Shown here: positions 12,860 through 25,281 of the stretch, one piece after another
Layout: the number at the start of each line of letters is the position of its first letter
Numbering within the stretch: the first letter of the stretch is position 1
Assembly: GCF_006345805.1 (NCBI RefSeq)
Contig: NC_043009.1
Location: 13,702,001 to 13,766,000, forward strand
Length of the DNA: 64,000 bases
DNA from: Octopus sinensis
Lineage: Eukaryota
Direction: 5' to 3'
Program-made: the position numbers and the translations under genes
Notes under the pieces: generated by a model
Told to the model about the DNA's origin: nothing
The model's database searches: none
What the model saw: only the letters and a program-made list of their open reading frames with translations

Positions 12860-15775
12860 TCGAAGGCACTTCGTGCCTATAAAGTTTATACCGATCAGGC
12901 AAAGCTCCCTGGAAGCACTGCCAGTCCAGAGACTTTTTGAAATCATCCATCCGTTCCGGTCCGAAAGTTCTCCGGAAAAGAGCCACTAGCTAATCTTCTT
13001 CAACGCTCAAGAACGTCATCGCACTTTTCCTCCACTAATCCTCTATAAAAAGCTAAAGAGGATGTACCACCTATCGCACAGTCCGTTTGACTGAGAGCAG
13101 TGAGCGTTTGTAAAAATTCCACTATCCAAATGGCTAGTTTCTTTAACGGAGCTGCAGTATTGGGTGAAACAGAGCCACGGAAATACGTTTCTGACGAACG
13201 GTGACCACACTTGTTCACCGTCAAGGAAGCACTGGAGCCTCAGAACATGTCTGTGCATCATCAACCGCGGCTTGCCCAGGCCACTACGCAGCAGGTACTG
13301 CGAACAGATAGACCACTTGACCATCAGGACGCGTCCCTTCCACAAGGAGTGGAAGAGTATACGCTCCAGCGTAATCCGATGGTGGCCAGGACAAGGCACG
13401 ACGGTCAAGGGATAATAGATGACGGACGCGATATACACGTTAGCCATCTTTGCCCGACCTTTCAAGAATTGTTTTCTCTCGGCCCATTTCTAGGTGAGAG
13501 TAGTCACACTGTTCGTTACTGCGACCCATCTAGAGGTCCGAACTGAACCGGACCACGAGCAACTTAACGAGTCCGTCCGTCCAGTGTCCAACGACACAGT
13601 TTGACGGCATGGACATACTTCTCCAGGTACCGAGCCGCAAGCCCACTGATTTTTCGTGGTTAATTGGTTAATTGTCGCTCTTGAAACCGCCTCTTAGTCC
13701 CTGAGAACGGAGTCGATCATTTCTATGTGTTTATGATCCGACACAACTATAGTGACCTTGTCGGTATATGCTGACACGCATCTCCCACATCCTAGGCCAC
13801 GTGGGATGTCTCTCAATGCCTCCAGTTTGTGTAGTAGTGGCTCGTGAGTCAGTACATACAACTGAGACGAGAGGGGACAACTTTGCCGAACCGAGCACAT
13901 GATATCGAACGGCTCTGAGAGGTGACCGTTCACTCTGATCGCTGAACACACGTCGCTGTGCATTGCAGCGATGCAGCTCCTGAATACAAGTCCGAAACCA
14001 GATGCCTTAAGGACAGCCGCCAGGTATAGATGCTCGACCCTATCGAAAGCTTTTGTCTGATCTAAATTGATCAGGGCCCCACCCGTGCTAGGTTCTTTAG
14101 CCACTTTCTCAATAATGTATTGCATGAGGTGGAGGTTGTCGTGGATGGATCCTTTCGGGATGGCGCATGTGTGTACCTTACTTACATGATCCCCGACAAC
14201 AAGCGCCAACCTCATAGCTAACAGCTCGGCCAAAATTTTAAACTCTGCATTCAGTAGAGTTATGGACCTAAAGTTGTCAATATTGTTTGCCTTGTTCGGT
14301 TCTTTTTATCAGCAACCTCACCGCTCATCGGCTCACAAAACTGGGAATTCTCCCATTCTGTTAGTACTTGCATTAAGCATTTACTAAGAGGTCGCCGAAC
14401 AAGTCTGGCACGTAAGCGTAAAGCTCGTTGGGCAAACCATCCCAACTAGACGATTTATCCATCGTGTTGCTAGCCATTGCTTCCCGTATTTGAAAGGCTG
14501 TTATCAGCTTTTCGCATCGTTCTGCCTCAGTCGATGAGATCCACGGCAGCCCGTCGAGGTAGGACGTGAAATCGATCCTGCGACCCGGCTGACCACTGCT
14601 CCCGTACAGTTGAGCGAATCGCCGCTGAAAAGCTGCTCACGTACGTTTGTGATCAGTTATGACCTTCGTGGCCCGACAAGGATCAGATCGTGAATTTATT
14701 GCCACTTAGCAGATTGAACGCCTTTCGTCCCTTCGTGTCTCGTGCTATAGCTACGACAACACAACCTTTGTGTTTCGGGTTGAAGAATTGATCGAATGCC
14801 AATCTCGCTGCGAGCACCTCGGCCGCAATATCTTTTCTAAACGTTTCGTCTAACTTCTTGACTAGCTCTGTCTCAAATCTGTTTCTTTCTACTGCTAGTC
14901 GTTTGCTAAACCATAGCGATTCTATTCTAGTTACCCTTCTCAAGGCGAACCACCATTTATTGTTGATTATTGCCCCCGTCAACGCCCTCTTAGCTAGTTC
15001 ACTAATCCGGTCTGTGAAATCTTTACGCGTCGGCAACGATGTTTTCAGCTTCCAGTAACGCGGTCCCTGTCTATGAAGCCTATCTAAGTCGATTGTACAG
15101 ATCACAAACTTGTGGTCGGTGTAGTTGACTACTTTAAACAGTGGACAACCTATGCTATCCTTATCTGCTACTCCACAGAATACCCTATCAAGATACGATC
15201 TGAATGATCCGATGCAGTTTGACCACATTGGCACATCCGGGAAATCCAGTCGATAACTGTCAGACAGTTGGCATCGTCTGAGCAGATTTGTGAGACTTTT
15301 GCGCCCTCCACTCCTATCTTCTAAACCTACACAGTCCCGCCTTACATCTAAAACTCCATTCCAGTCCCCCACTAACACGTTCCCAAGAAAGCCTTGAGAC
15401 TATGAAGAGATCTGGTCGTCCTGCCCCTGAGGAGGCATAGTCGGTAACTAGCCTGAAGTATGTCTTTCGCTGTCTATCACGTCCAGGACCACTGATTTAC
15501 TTTCAAGATCAATGAAGATTCCGTATTGTAAAATCCACATTTTTCCAAATCATCACATCAACTCCGCCTCCCTCTCCTGGACGACTTTGAGACGCGTACA
15601 CCTCATAGTCACCGAAAATAGGCCGGAAATCCTGTGAGTCGGAAATTCTGGTTTCATTAATGGTCACCACGTCGACATTCAGTTCCCTGAGGCCGTTGAG
15701 CAGGTGACCCCGCTTCCAAAAGCTACCCCAGGTCATGTACATTCACGCTGTTTATTCTGTACATGAGCATGTTGT
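12860..15775 (-). mobile_element. Tx1-clade (L1-group) LINE ORF2 relic: APE endonuclease, RT and C-terminal region
   Basis: EN motifs: VDVVTINETRI, LVGDWNGVLD, SYLDRVF, YTDHKFV, GPRYWKLKTSL. RT motifs: NFRSITLLNAEFKIL, TCAIPKGSIHDNLHL, LDQTKAFDRVEH, VRQSCPLSSQLY, AYTDKVT. C-terminal: QKSLDWQCFQGALP. Frameshifted and with stops. Confidence 0.9.
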
Positions 15776-15991
15776 CAAAAAAGGGGAGAAAATTAAAGGA
15801 AAACTTATTTGAATTTTTTTTTTTTTTTGAAGGGGCGGATTACCTATCCCTCCTGTTTGCTTGTGATGTTTCCAACCTTACTGGACAGAGTGCACATCTT
15901 AAGGAAAGTATTATTTATCTGAGTTCCTTGTTGTGACTTGACAGATGACTAAACACTCCGGTGCATTTTTACCTACACTGTGCTATGAAGG

Positions 15992-16009
15992 AATAATAAT
16001 AATAATAAC

Positions 16010-16072
<63 letters not shown>
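15992..16072 (+). repeat. (AAT)n microsatellite
   Basis: Read directly; flanks element D on the left. Confidence 0.95.
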
Positions 16073-16073
<1 letters not shown>

Positions 16074-16622
16074 GATGCAGTACCAGGCAGTGGCTCTCAT
16101 GGCTTCTGATCTTAACTGATTGGAAGTGTTATCATGTACATTGTTTTGTCTTGGTATAAAAGATGGGCTACAGCAAATATTCTGCTCAATACCACAGATT
16201 TGCTTGTCAGTTGTTTGACCTTAACCAGTTGAGCATGTCCCTTAGTGGCTGACGATATGTGCATCTCTGATCACGAGCAGAAGTAGTGGGGGAGCATCAT
16301 AGCCATGTGTTGAGAGGGATTCTTTGGGGTTTGAATAGTTCACCTCTGGAAACATGGGTGGTTCTTTCAACATCCTTAAACAACCCTTATTCAGGGACCT
16401 TTTGAGCGGGATGGGCTACTCAACCTGAAGAAAATTCTAACTGGGCCCCACCTGCAAGGTCATGTGCTGTTTATCTTGATATGAGATCACCATGTCGCGC
16501 ACATATGGTTGTGATGCATGTGCCTGGTGTACCTTTATCAGACGGGTAGTCATGATGGGTATATTGGGCTTCGTATATTTTACCCCAGTGTCACTTTGAT
16601 GGCATGAACTGCTCTCTCACTC
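16073..16622 (+). mobile_element. Element D: ~550-bp non-coding interspersed repeat embedded in (AAT)n
   Basis: Near-identical reverse-complement copy at 61933-62438. Both copies are flanked by (AAT)n on both sides and end in ctctctcactc(aat)n. Confidence 0.85.
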
Positions 16623-16685
<63 letters not shown>

Positions 16686-16709
16686 TAATAATAATATAAT
16701 AATAATAAT

Positions 16710-16741
<32 letters not shown>

Positions 16742-16742
16742 T
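16623..16742 (+). repeat. (AAT)n microsatellite
   Basis: Read directly; lies between element D and a Dong/R4 fragment. Confidence 0.95.
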
Positions 16743-16744
16743 CT

Positions 16745-18170
16745 TGAGAAGTTAATAAATATGTTATTGAAGCATTGTGCACTGTTTCACTGATCCCGAC
16801 AGCAAGATCATCATATTAAATTACCTACATCTGGCGGTTAAACACTCCTTGGGTAGACTGAAACTGGTCTCCCGCAAATTCTCTAATGCAAATCGCTACA
16901 TCATTAACAACCGCGAACTTATGGGTCTTGAACTCGAGAACATCAAACGTTATCAGAGAGAGCATTTCCACATCGTGAAACTAAATACCTATTTCTTTAC
17001 TACCCACAAGGGGCTAAACACAGAGGGGACAAACAAGGACAGACAGACGGATTAAGTCCATTACATCGACCCCAGTGCGTAACTGGTACTTAATTTATCG
17101 ACCCCGAAAGGATGAAAGGCAAAGTCGACCTCGGCGGAATTTGAACTCAGAAAGTAACAGCAGACGAAATACGGCTACGCATTTCGCCCGGCGTGCTAAC
17201 GTTTCTACCAGCTCGCCGCCTTAAACGTGAAACTAAATACCAACTGGCTAGACAGACTGATGAACTAAAAGAAATACATCAGTTCCTATATGCTACCTCT
17301 TCAGCCATCGCAAACACAATTTGAAAGTAGACAATCAAGAATGAGATGAAGAAACTGCAAGGAAAGCTATAATGCCTATGTGAAATCAAAGAGAAAACAT
17401 ACTCCTACATGAAAGAGAAAATAAAAAGAAAAGCTGGAACAATTGCACAACATCACTATATCAACCGAAGGAAGATATATTAGAGGCTAAAAGGAAACTG
17501 AAGCAATAGCATAGCTATTGAGAAAACACGACAAAATTAATGAGTTCTTCAGGCTACTCAAGATCTGTAAAATATCAAGAACTTTTACCGTAAACAGCAC
17601 GAGAAAATGACAAGAAAATGATAACCACTTACAATTAATTAAGTCAAGAGGTTTTGGGATAAACTCTGAGAAAAGGTCAAAGATCAAAAAGAAGTCACAG
17701 ATAGAGCATCAATGGAAGCAATACAATCACATACAGAAGCAAAAACTGCAATACATAGCAGCCTTCGAGGGAAATGGAAGCTAGAGGGGATATATAAAAT
17801 AGCTCAATTCTGGATCAAAACCTACCCAGCATCCATGAAGATCTCATACAGATCTTCAATGACATTCGTCATCAAATAGCCAGAAGAATATATAAAATAT
17901 ATAAAATAGTTAACTTCTGGATCAAAACCTACCCAGCATCCATGAAGATCTCATATAGATCTTCAATGACATTCGTCATCAAATAGCCAGAAAAATGTTC
18001 CGGCTGGTTTACACGGGAACAACGTACATGCCCTCCTCTTCAGATGAAATGCAAACTACGAAGAATTACAGACCCATTATCTGTTTTCTAGCAATGTACA
18101 AATTTATCATTTTCATCATCAGCGGCAAAACCTTTAGATTCCTCAATAAAGACAATTAATTCTATGATAA
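16745..18170 (+). mobile_element. R4/Dong LINE relic, N-terminal and RT-start region, interrupted by SINE-B
   Basis: NFWIK.LPSIHEDL.QIFNDI...WFT.GTTY....E...KNYRPIICFLAMYKFI..IISGKTFRFL resembles the R4/Dong RT domain 0-1 region. The 5' boundary at 16745 is inferred. Confidence 0.65.
16990..17224 (-). mobile_element. SINE family B, single-unit copy with 16-bp TSD
   Basis: cgtgaaactaaatacc at 16974-16989 and 17226-17241. Confidence 0.9.
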
Positions 18171-18210
18171 TTATTCACCTTATTTAAGACATTTTTTTTA
18201 TTATGCTGAA

Positions 18211-18330
18211 CTGGAGCAACGTGAAATGAAGTGTTTTGCTCAAGAACACAATACGTCGCTCGGTCCAAGAATCGAAACCAGAATCTTACCATCATGAGTC
18301 CAACACCCTAACCGCTAACTCACGAGCTTC
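18211..18330 (-). mobile_element. SINE family C, 5' half
   Basis: ctggagcaacgtgaaatgaagtgttttgctcaagaacacaa...ctaaccgctaac is the reverse complement of the 4445 copy. Confidence 0.7.
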
Positions 18331-18516
18331 CACTACACCTTCGTTAGCCTTTCCACTAATTTTGTACAAAAGTTTGTGATATGAGTTTGAAATGAGCAAT
18401 TACGTGCTAATCATCTGTTCATTAATATATATGTGGCTCAATTTAATCTATGAGACTTCTATTAGCGAATGGTGCAGAGTTATTTAATATTTCGCTAATA
18501 ATACTTTAGATATATC

Positions 18517-18754
18517 GTTGTGTCTGGGGAAAGTTATTTTCTTTTTGTGCCTTATAATGCAACACACGCACCGGTAAAATTTCCACTTATTTCTTATTTT
18601 CCTAAAATTTTCGTTGCGTCTTGAAACCTTTTCAACAGTCTTGCAGGACGCAACGAAAATTGTAGGGAAATAAAGATAAGAAACAAGTGGAAACTTTACC
18701 GGTAAGTGTGTTGCATTATAAGGCACAAAAAGAAAATGGCTCTCCCTAGACAAC
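18517..18754. mobile_element. ~240-bp palindromic non-coding unit with a hammerhead-like motif at the centre
   Basis: Arms ~18517-18623 and ~18644-18754 are imperfect reverse complements with a ~20-nt spacer. Confidence 0.75.
18602..18638 (-). ncRNA. Minimal hammerhead-like motif with U3-A8 core
   Basis: Minus strand reads ctg-TTGAAAA-g-gtttc aagac gcaac-GAAA-att-t-tag. Helix III is the AAUU palindrome. The inverted arm preserves the paired stem II (ttgc aggac gcaa). Confidence 0.55.
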
Positions 18755-19161
18755 AGAATATACTTCAACACACGAACTCACATAAAGAATCTTGCAAACC
18801 AAACCCAGAACCTTTTGATATACATCTGCTAATATTGTCTGTAATGTGGTCTACAGTTGCAGGTGAGCGGATGATAGGAGTTTTCTATTTGTGCATATTT
18901 CTCTTTCTATTTGTGTATATACACAGACATACAGAAGAAATCGCATGCGTAGAGCAGTATACACACTGCAGAAAGAGAGAATGGATTAAACAGAACAGGA
19001 GGAGACATGTGGGATAGAGAGTCACTGAAGAGGTCACGGGATGTGTGACGAAACAGATCAGAGAAAGGTCACTAAAATAAGAATAATAAAAAAGCTGAAG
19101 TGAAGACCAAGTGTACAGTGCGAGTAGTTAATTGACAGAAAATATGACCTTCCACAAATAT

Positions 19162-19201
<40 letters not shown>

Positions 19202-21550
19202 TATGTGCGTGTGTGTGAGAGAGAGAGAGAGAGGGAGTGCGGGGCTATATGTGTGGGTATGAACGAAGCTGAGTAACCAAATTAGAAACTCCAAATGGTA
19301 TACGTATATATCAACATGTCTGAGAAATGACTGTAATTCTAAGTAACAGACAATCTGGTGCCATTATAAAACCATTTAGAAAAGTTCAATTGACATTACT
19401 GAGTGACCTTTCCTTTGTTAAATCTCATTAGTGTTGCTTAGCGATTCCAACACGATTATTTCACAAAGCGAAAAACCTTTTATATTCATTTATCAACACT
19501 TCATTGCATTAATAACTTTCCATACCTTATTGACCGCCTATCTTTCTCTGAATATATCATCAGAGGTTTTTGTTTCTCTGCATGAAACTGATGCATAGCA
19601 TTAAAAACAGATGCACTAAAAACGTTTACCAAAACATTTTAATTTATTTGTGTGCGTGGTGGTGTATCTTTATTTATGTATGCATGTGTGTGTGTGTGTG
19701 TGTGCGTAGGCGTATCTTAATTAGCTTAGAATATTGAGGTACGTATTTATTTTGCTACATACACAGTCTCATTTATGCGGATATCTTGTGACAACGAAAT
19801 GAAAATTTTAATTTTCTTTGTTAGAAAATAGAATGTAATGAAATGTGAAATATAATAAAACATAACGAAACAAAAATAATGCAGTTGTTTTTGCACATTG
19901 ATGCATATTTTTCATTGAAATTATATTTACCTATATTCATATAATACAACATTTTGAAACGTAAATTTTGATTTATTTATCTTCGCTAATTGTTTTCATT
20001 TCTCTATTCCTGTTAATTTCAGACCCTCAAAATAAAGAATGGTTAAAAGAAAATTCGAACTAGATGGAACACAATGCAAAAGACAACATCTTGCTATATC
20101 AATCAAGTATTCAACCAGTGGATTGTCAACTAACGTAGGCTGAACATTAGCTAAAATTATTTCGTTTTGGACACGTAGTTCTTCGAAAACGAAAAAAGTC
20201 ACGGACGACCGACTGCTTGACGATGACCACTCGAGATCTATTACTCGAGTTGCAGTGCAAAGCATCTTGCCAGGTAGCAGGATAACTAAATGTTAAATAT
20301 ACAAGAGTTGCTTGATATTTACATTATATTCGAAAGTCAAAACATTTCGATGAATGGGGGCCACATATAAGGAATACGTAAAACATCACAGCATGGTCTG
20401 TGCCTACCATTGGTCACTCGAAAAGTCCTAAATTTTTTTTTTATAATGTGACTAGCAAGGGACTTGCAAAGATTAAATTAACTGGACTAGGAAATTACCT
20501 CACTCACCTTATTATGCAAAATCTCCTAAATTTAACAGATCCCAGAACAATAAAATCAGAATAGACAGAATGGTTTCTTGTTGTCAAAAGTTTAGTAATT
20601 TCAATTGTTATTATTTACTTTAAATATTATTTCAGTTCTGAGATTAAATATATTTATTAAAACTGTTGGTTAAAACCGCACCAATTTTTGCTGCGGCACC
20701 ATTATACGCACTTTAACGGAGAAATCCCCTGTTGTCAGTGGTTAATGCTAGAATCACCATTGAGGAAAATTCGTGATGTTTATTGTGATGCGAATGACGT
20801 CAAGGAATTTCCTCTCTCGCGTATGCAAAACCACATGCATATTATATGAATATATTATATATTCATACGTAAAATCAAATATGTCGTATATATAAAGATT
20901 GCATTAATATATACAAATGTATGTACATACATATCTGAAAGAGTATAGACGTATATTTATACAAGATTTCCACCAAAGTGAATCAATAGTGATGAAAGAG
21001 GATGATATTTTAATACGAAATAATAATAGTCTGCTACAGTGTACACAAATGTGTTCTGTAGACAGTGGCGCTCAACCCTGTACACAGATGTCATAAAAAA
21101 TATCGAAGTTTTTCTGATTAATAAGAAAATATGTTGCCAGTAGATGCAGCCAATGTGTCTGCATATTCTTGTACAGTTAATAATATTGGTTGCATATACT
21201 GTATTATTCATCACCTTTTAAGAGGCTATTTTCTGTTTACTCCTTCATAACAGTATATATATACTTCTCTTTCCATATGCTAATTTCTTCTCTTTCTAAA
21301 TGCTTTCATGTTCTCCCTTTTCTGTGCTCTTTACCTTAGCTCTCTCTCTCTCCTTCCTCTTCCATTCTCTCTACCTTTCTCTCCTTTCTTTCTCTACCTC
21401 TCTCTACCTCGCTCCGTCTCTTTCCCTCTCTTTTCCCATTTCGTTTCCTTTCAACGACAGTGTCATTATTTGGTAGCGGGGTGATTTCTATATACTTTTC
21501 ATCTGCAATACAAATTATTCTCTCTCACTCAGTATTATTGTTTATCATAT

Positions 21551-21552
21551 CA

Positions 21553-21645
<93 letters not shown>

Positions 21646-21695
21646 GCCTATCTGTCTATCTATCTATCTATTTATCTATCTATTTATTTATTTAT

Positions 21696-21727
<32 letters not shown>

Positions 21728-21825
21728 TTATCTATTTATCTATCTATCTGTCAGTCTGTTTGTACATCTACATATCGATAGATAGATGGACATATAGACA
21801 AGCATATACGCACATAAACCTATTT

Positions 21826-21882
<57 letters not shown>

Positions 21883-21898
21883 TACACACAAACACACA

Positions 21899-21960
<62 letters not shown>
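21551..21960. repeat. (TATC)n, (CA)n and (TA)n compound microsatellites
   Basis: Read directly from the sequence. Confidence 0.95.
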
Positions 21961-21970
<10 letters not shown>

Positions 21971-21972
<2 letters not shown>

Positions 21973-22117
21973 CGCCGCAGTGGTGGTGTGGTAAGTAGCT
22001 TGCTTACCAATCACATGGTTCCGGGTTCAATTTGGGCAAGTGTCCTCTACTGTAGCCTCGGGTCGACCAAGGCCTTGTGAGTGGATTTGGTAGACAGAAA
22101 CTGGAAGAAGCCCGTTC

Positions 22118-22163
<46 letters not shown>

Positions 22164-22380
22164 TGTTTGCTTGTCTGTGTTAGTCCCCCTACCAACGCTG
22201 GACAATCGATTTTGGTGTATCTACGGCCCTGTAATTTAGCGGTTCGGTTAAGAGACGGAAACCAGAAGTGCTAGGCTTACAAGGAATAAGTCCTGGGGTC
22301 GATTTGTTCGACTAAAGGCGGTGCTCCAGCATGGCTGCAGTCAAATGACTGAAACAAAAGAATAAAGGAAAAGAATAAAA
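21971..22380 (+). mobile_element. SINE family A, full length
   Basis: Head gtggtggtgtggtaagtagcttgcttacc..tcacatggttccgggttca, internal (TG)n, and 3' ggcggtgctccagcatggctgcagtcaaatgactgaaac tail. Confidence 0.9.
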
Positions 22381-22442
22381 TAATATTTACGTATATATAT
22401 ATATGCTTGTACGTATGTATATATAATATATAATATACATAC

Positions 22443-22491
<49 letters not shown>

Positions 22492-23123
22492 AAAGTCTCA
22501 TGAGTGACTCAAGGGGCGAGACTTTCGTGTATATATAACTTACGAAACAACACTTATGCTCATAAATTTATAGATGCAAGTATGTATGTATGTATCTGTG
22601 TTTATGTAACTGGGTATGTGTGCTTGTTTAAGTATACAGTCATGTCTACATTATTAATAAACATATATTTTGCCCTGATATATGTATTTATGCGTCTATG
22701 AGCGAGCACACGTGTATGTTTATAGATTCGCGTGTATGTATGTTCCTGCCATGCCTAAATTACAACCAATACTTTTAGCTGTACTATCATCGAATGTAAG
22801 AATCCAACTGCTTTGTAAATACGGTAGTATTTGCTGAAAGTCTCCTACAATCTACGCACAAACACAGGAAGAGATATCTAAGAGAAAGTTATACAAAGAA
22901 CTCAAATCAAAAGCACAAATGTTAGCAGCAATGTATAACCGTCATAATAATATAAAATGCTACTTAAGAAGCCCAGATTTTATTATAGTGAAAGACCATA
23001 AACTCACACCAGTGTAGATTCCTTAACAAAGAAATCGCAACGTCTGTATTGTGAGTAAAATAATACTTTAAAGAATTAACTGATACTTAAAACAAGCAAC
23101 TTGCTCGAATCTGACACAATACC

Positions 23124-23356
23124 TATCTCTTTATTACTCACAAAGGGCTAAACACAGAGGGGACAAACAAGGACAGACATAGGAATTAAGTCAATTATAT
23201 CGACCCCAGTGCGTAACTGGTACTTTATTTATCGACCCCGAAAGGATGAAAGGCAAAGTCGACCTCGGCGGAATTTGAACTCAGAACATTAAGACAGACG
23301 AAATACTCCTAAGCTTTTCGCCTGGCGTGCTAACGTTTCCGCCAGCTCGACGCCTT
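23124..23356 (-). mobile_element. SINE family B, single-unit copy with 15-bp TSD
   Basis: atctgacacaatacc at 23109-23123 and 23357-23371. Confidence 0.9.
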
Positions 23357-24205
23357 ATCTGACACAATACCACAATGATTATTAGGTAATTCAATAAAGT
23401 TAAAAACGAAGATTTATCTAATTTAATATCATTGATTATTAAACCACAATAAGTTAAGTTCTGCTAAAATACGTTATTTTCACAAAAGAAGTGGGAAGCA
23501 CCACACAAATGTTCTGCACTAGACGCTTCCATGCGATATTTTTTTGTGTGAAAGCATAAGGTAGTGCAGACATTTTTTTATGTGATTAAGTGACGCTTTG
23601 TTAGTACCGAAGTTTGGGTGGGAAAGAGATGGCATTAGCTTACGTTTATGATGACATGACAAACTTATGATTTCAAATGCTGCAACAGGTGCACAGCTAC
23701 CACTCTAAGACAGCTATTTATAATAACATGCCGCTAATTTCGCATGAAGCTTTACTTTTTTACTCAACCATGCGGTTGCGGTCATGCTGGAGCACCACTA
23801 AAACGAACATTAGCGCTAATTTTATTGATTGTATGTTAATATACCACAAGGCTACTCGAAACCTTCTGAAAAACAATACTTGCTAATTTGCCAACAGTTA
23901 AATCTGAGCTATTCCACCATCCTATGTCATTCGAAATTTATAGAAACTTTATCCTGAAAAAAAAAATCCCTACATTTTCGAGATGTTTTGAAGCGAGGTG
24001 TGTTAATGTGGTAATACCATAACGTCACCATAATATATCTAAATAACTCAAGTACGGCTGGTACAATAACAAAGATTAAAACAAGCAGGAGAATATGCTA
24101 TAGAGAAATCCAACAAATACGAATGTCGAAAAATCAACGCACTAGGGAACTTTATCTCAAAAGAAATGTAAAAACATTATTTACTTGCCTAATAATTTAC
24201 TTGCC

Positions 24206-24273
<68 letters not shown>

Positions 24274-24325
24274 TAACATCGAAAAATACCTTAGGTATGA
24301 GAACCCAGGTTCGAAATTTCCCCAA

Positions 24326-24371
24326 GACACCTGAAGAAGGTTGGAGGACATATCAGCCGAAATGTTGTGTT
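24326..24371 (+). ncRNA. Minimal type I hammerhead motif in a Penelope-like end (unit ~24274-24415) following (AAT)n
   Basis: gacac-CTGAAGA-a-ggttg gaggacatat cagcc-GAAA-tgt-t-gtgtt: canonical core, extra A before stem II, 5-bp stems I and II. Helix III is AUGU, probably a decayed ACGU. Confidence 0.65.
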
Positions 24372-24689
24372 AACAACAAACAAATATCCGTGGAATGTAA
24401 ATAATGTAAATAATGGAAAATGCTTTAGTTTTTTCAAATGTATTCTGCAATCTGGAATTATTATATATATTATATCCAGTGATTTTAAGAGGTAGGAAAA
24501 AGATATTTTGTTTTAATATTATACTTTTACTTCGTTTCACACATACAGGCAAAAATTCTAACGTGTCTTTTTTTAGATGAATTTATCGTTCGTTATCCCT
24601 CCACACACTTCGTTACCATTAGCTTCTATAACCTCTGCATTTTCCCTAATTCATTTCAAACTTCTTTGAATTTTCAATCTCATGTAAAC

Positions 24690-25135
24690 CAAACTCTCTC
24701 GAAGACATATTTTTGCAAATTGTTATATAAAATTATGGGTAAAGAAAGAAATAGCAAAAGATTTGTCAAAAAGCTGGGCTTTTGGCAAATTTCGGAGGGT
24801 TCCACCTTACCCCATTTTCCGGACCAAAAAAAGGGTTTTGTAGCATGTTAGGAAGTCAGCGGAATTCAGTCAACGAAAATATAAAAAAAATTTCCAATGA
24901 TTCTGGGATATGGAGAGATCTGGTTCCCACCTTTTTTTTTCTCGAACAAAAGTAAGGGATTTGCAGCATATTACGAGGTCAGGGTACTTTACTCCATGCA
25001 AAAATCCGATATTTTTTTCTTTTCTTAGTAAAAATCGTGTGGGTGAAATGATCAATGGAGGTGGGGGTGGATTTCCGAGGCTTCCACCCCACCCGACCCC
25101 CTTTTCCGGATCCCAAAAAGGGCTTTGCAGCTCGA
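24690..25135. repeat. Unclassified repeat with an internal ~285-bp-spaced direct repeat
   Basis: ttccacc...ttttccgga.c.aaaaaggg.tttg.agc occurs near 24795 and 25080. aaaagctggg.tttttggcaaa is shared with ~28437. Confidence 0.35.
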
Positions 25136-25168
25136 TGCTCGATGCTCTAACCACTGAGACATGCGCTT

Positions 25169-25203
<35 letters not shown>

Positions 25204-25229
25204 TTACACGTATATATATATACTTATAC

Positions 25230-25281
<52 letters not shown>

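Noticed and set aside
12180-12860. Possible Gypsy RT relic on the minus strand (VVDMFSGL...LLQDDNI...LRVLKERF)
   Set aside because: The resemblance is faint and interrupted by many stops. It needs a tBLASTn or HMM search, and I cannot support it by eye.
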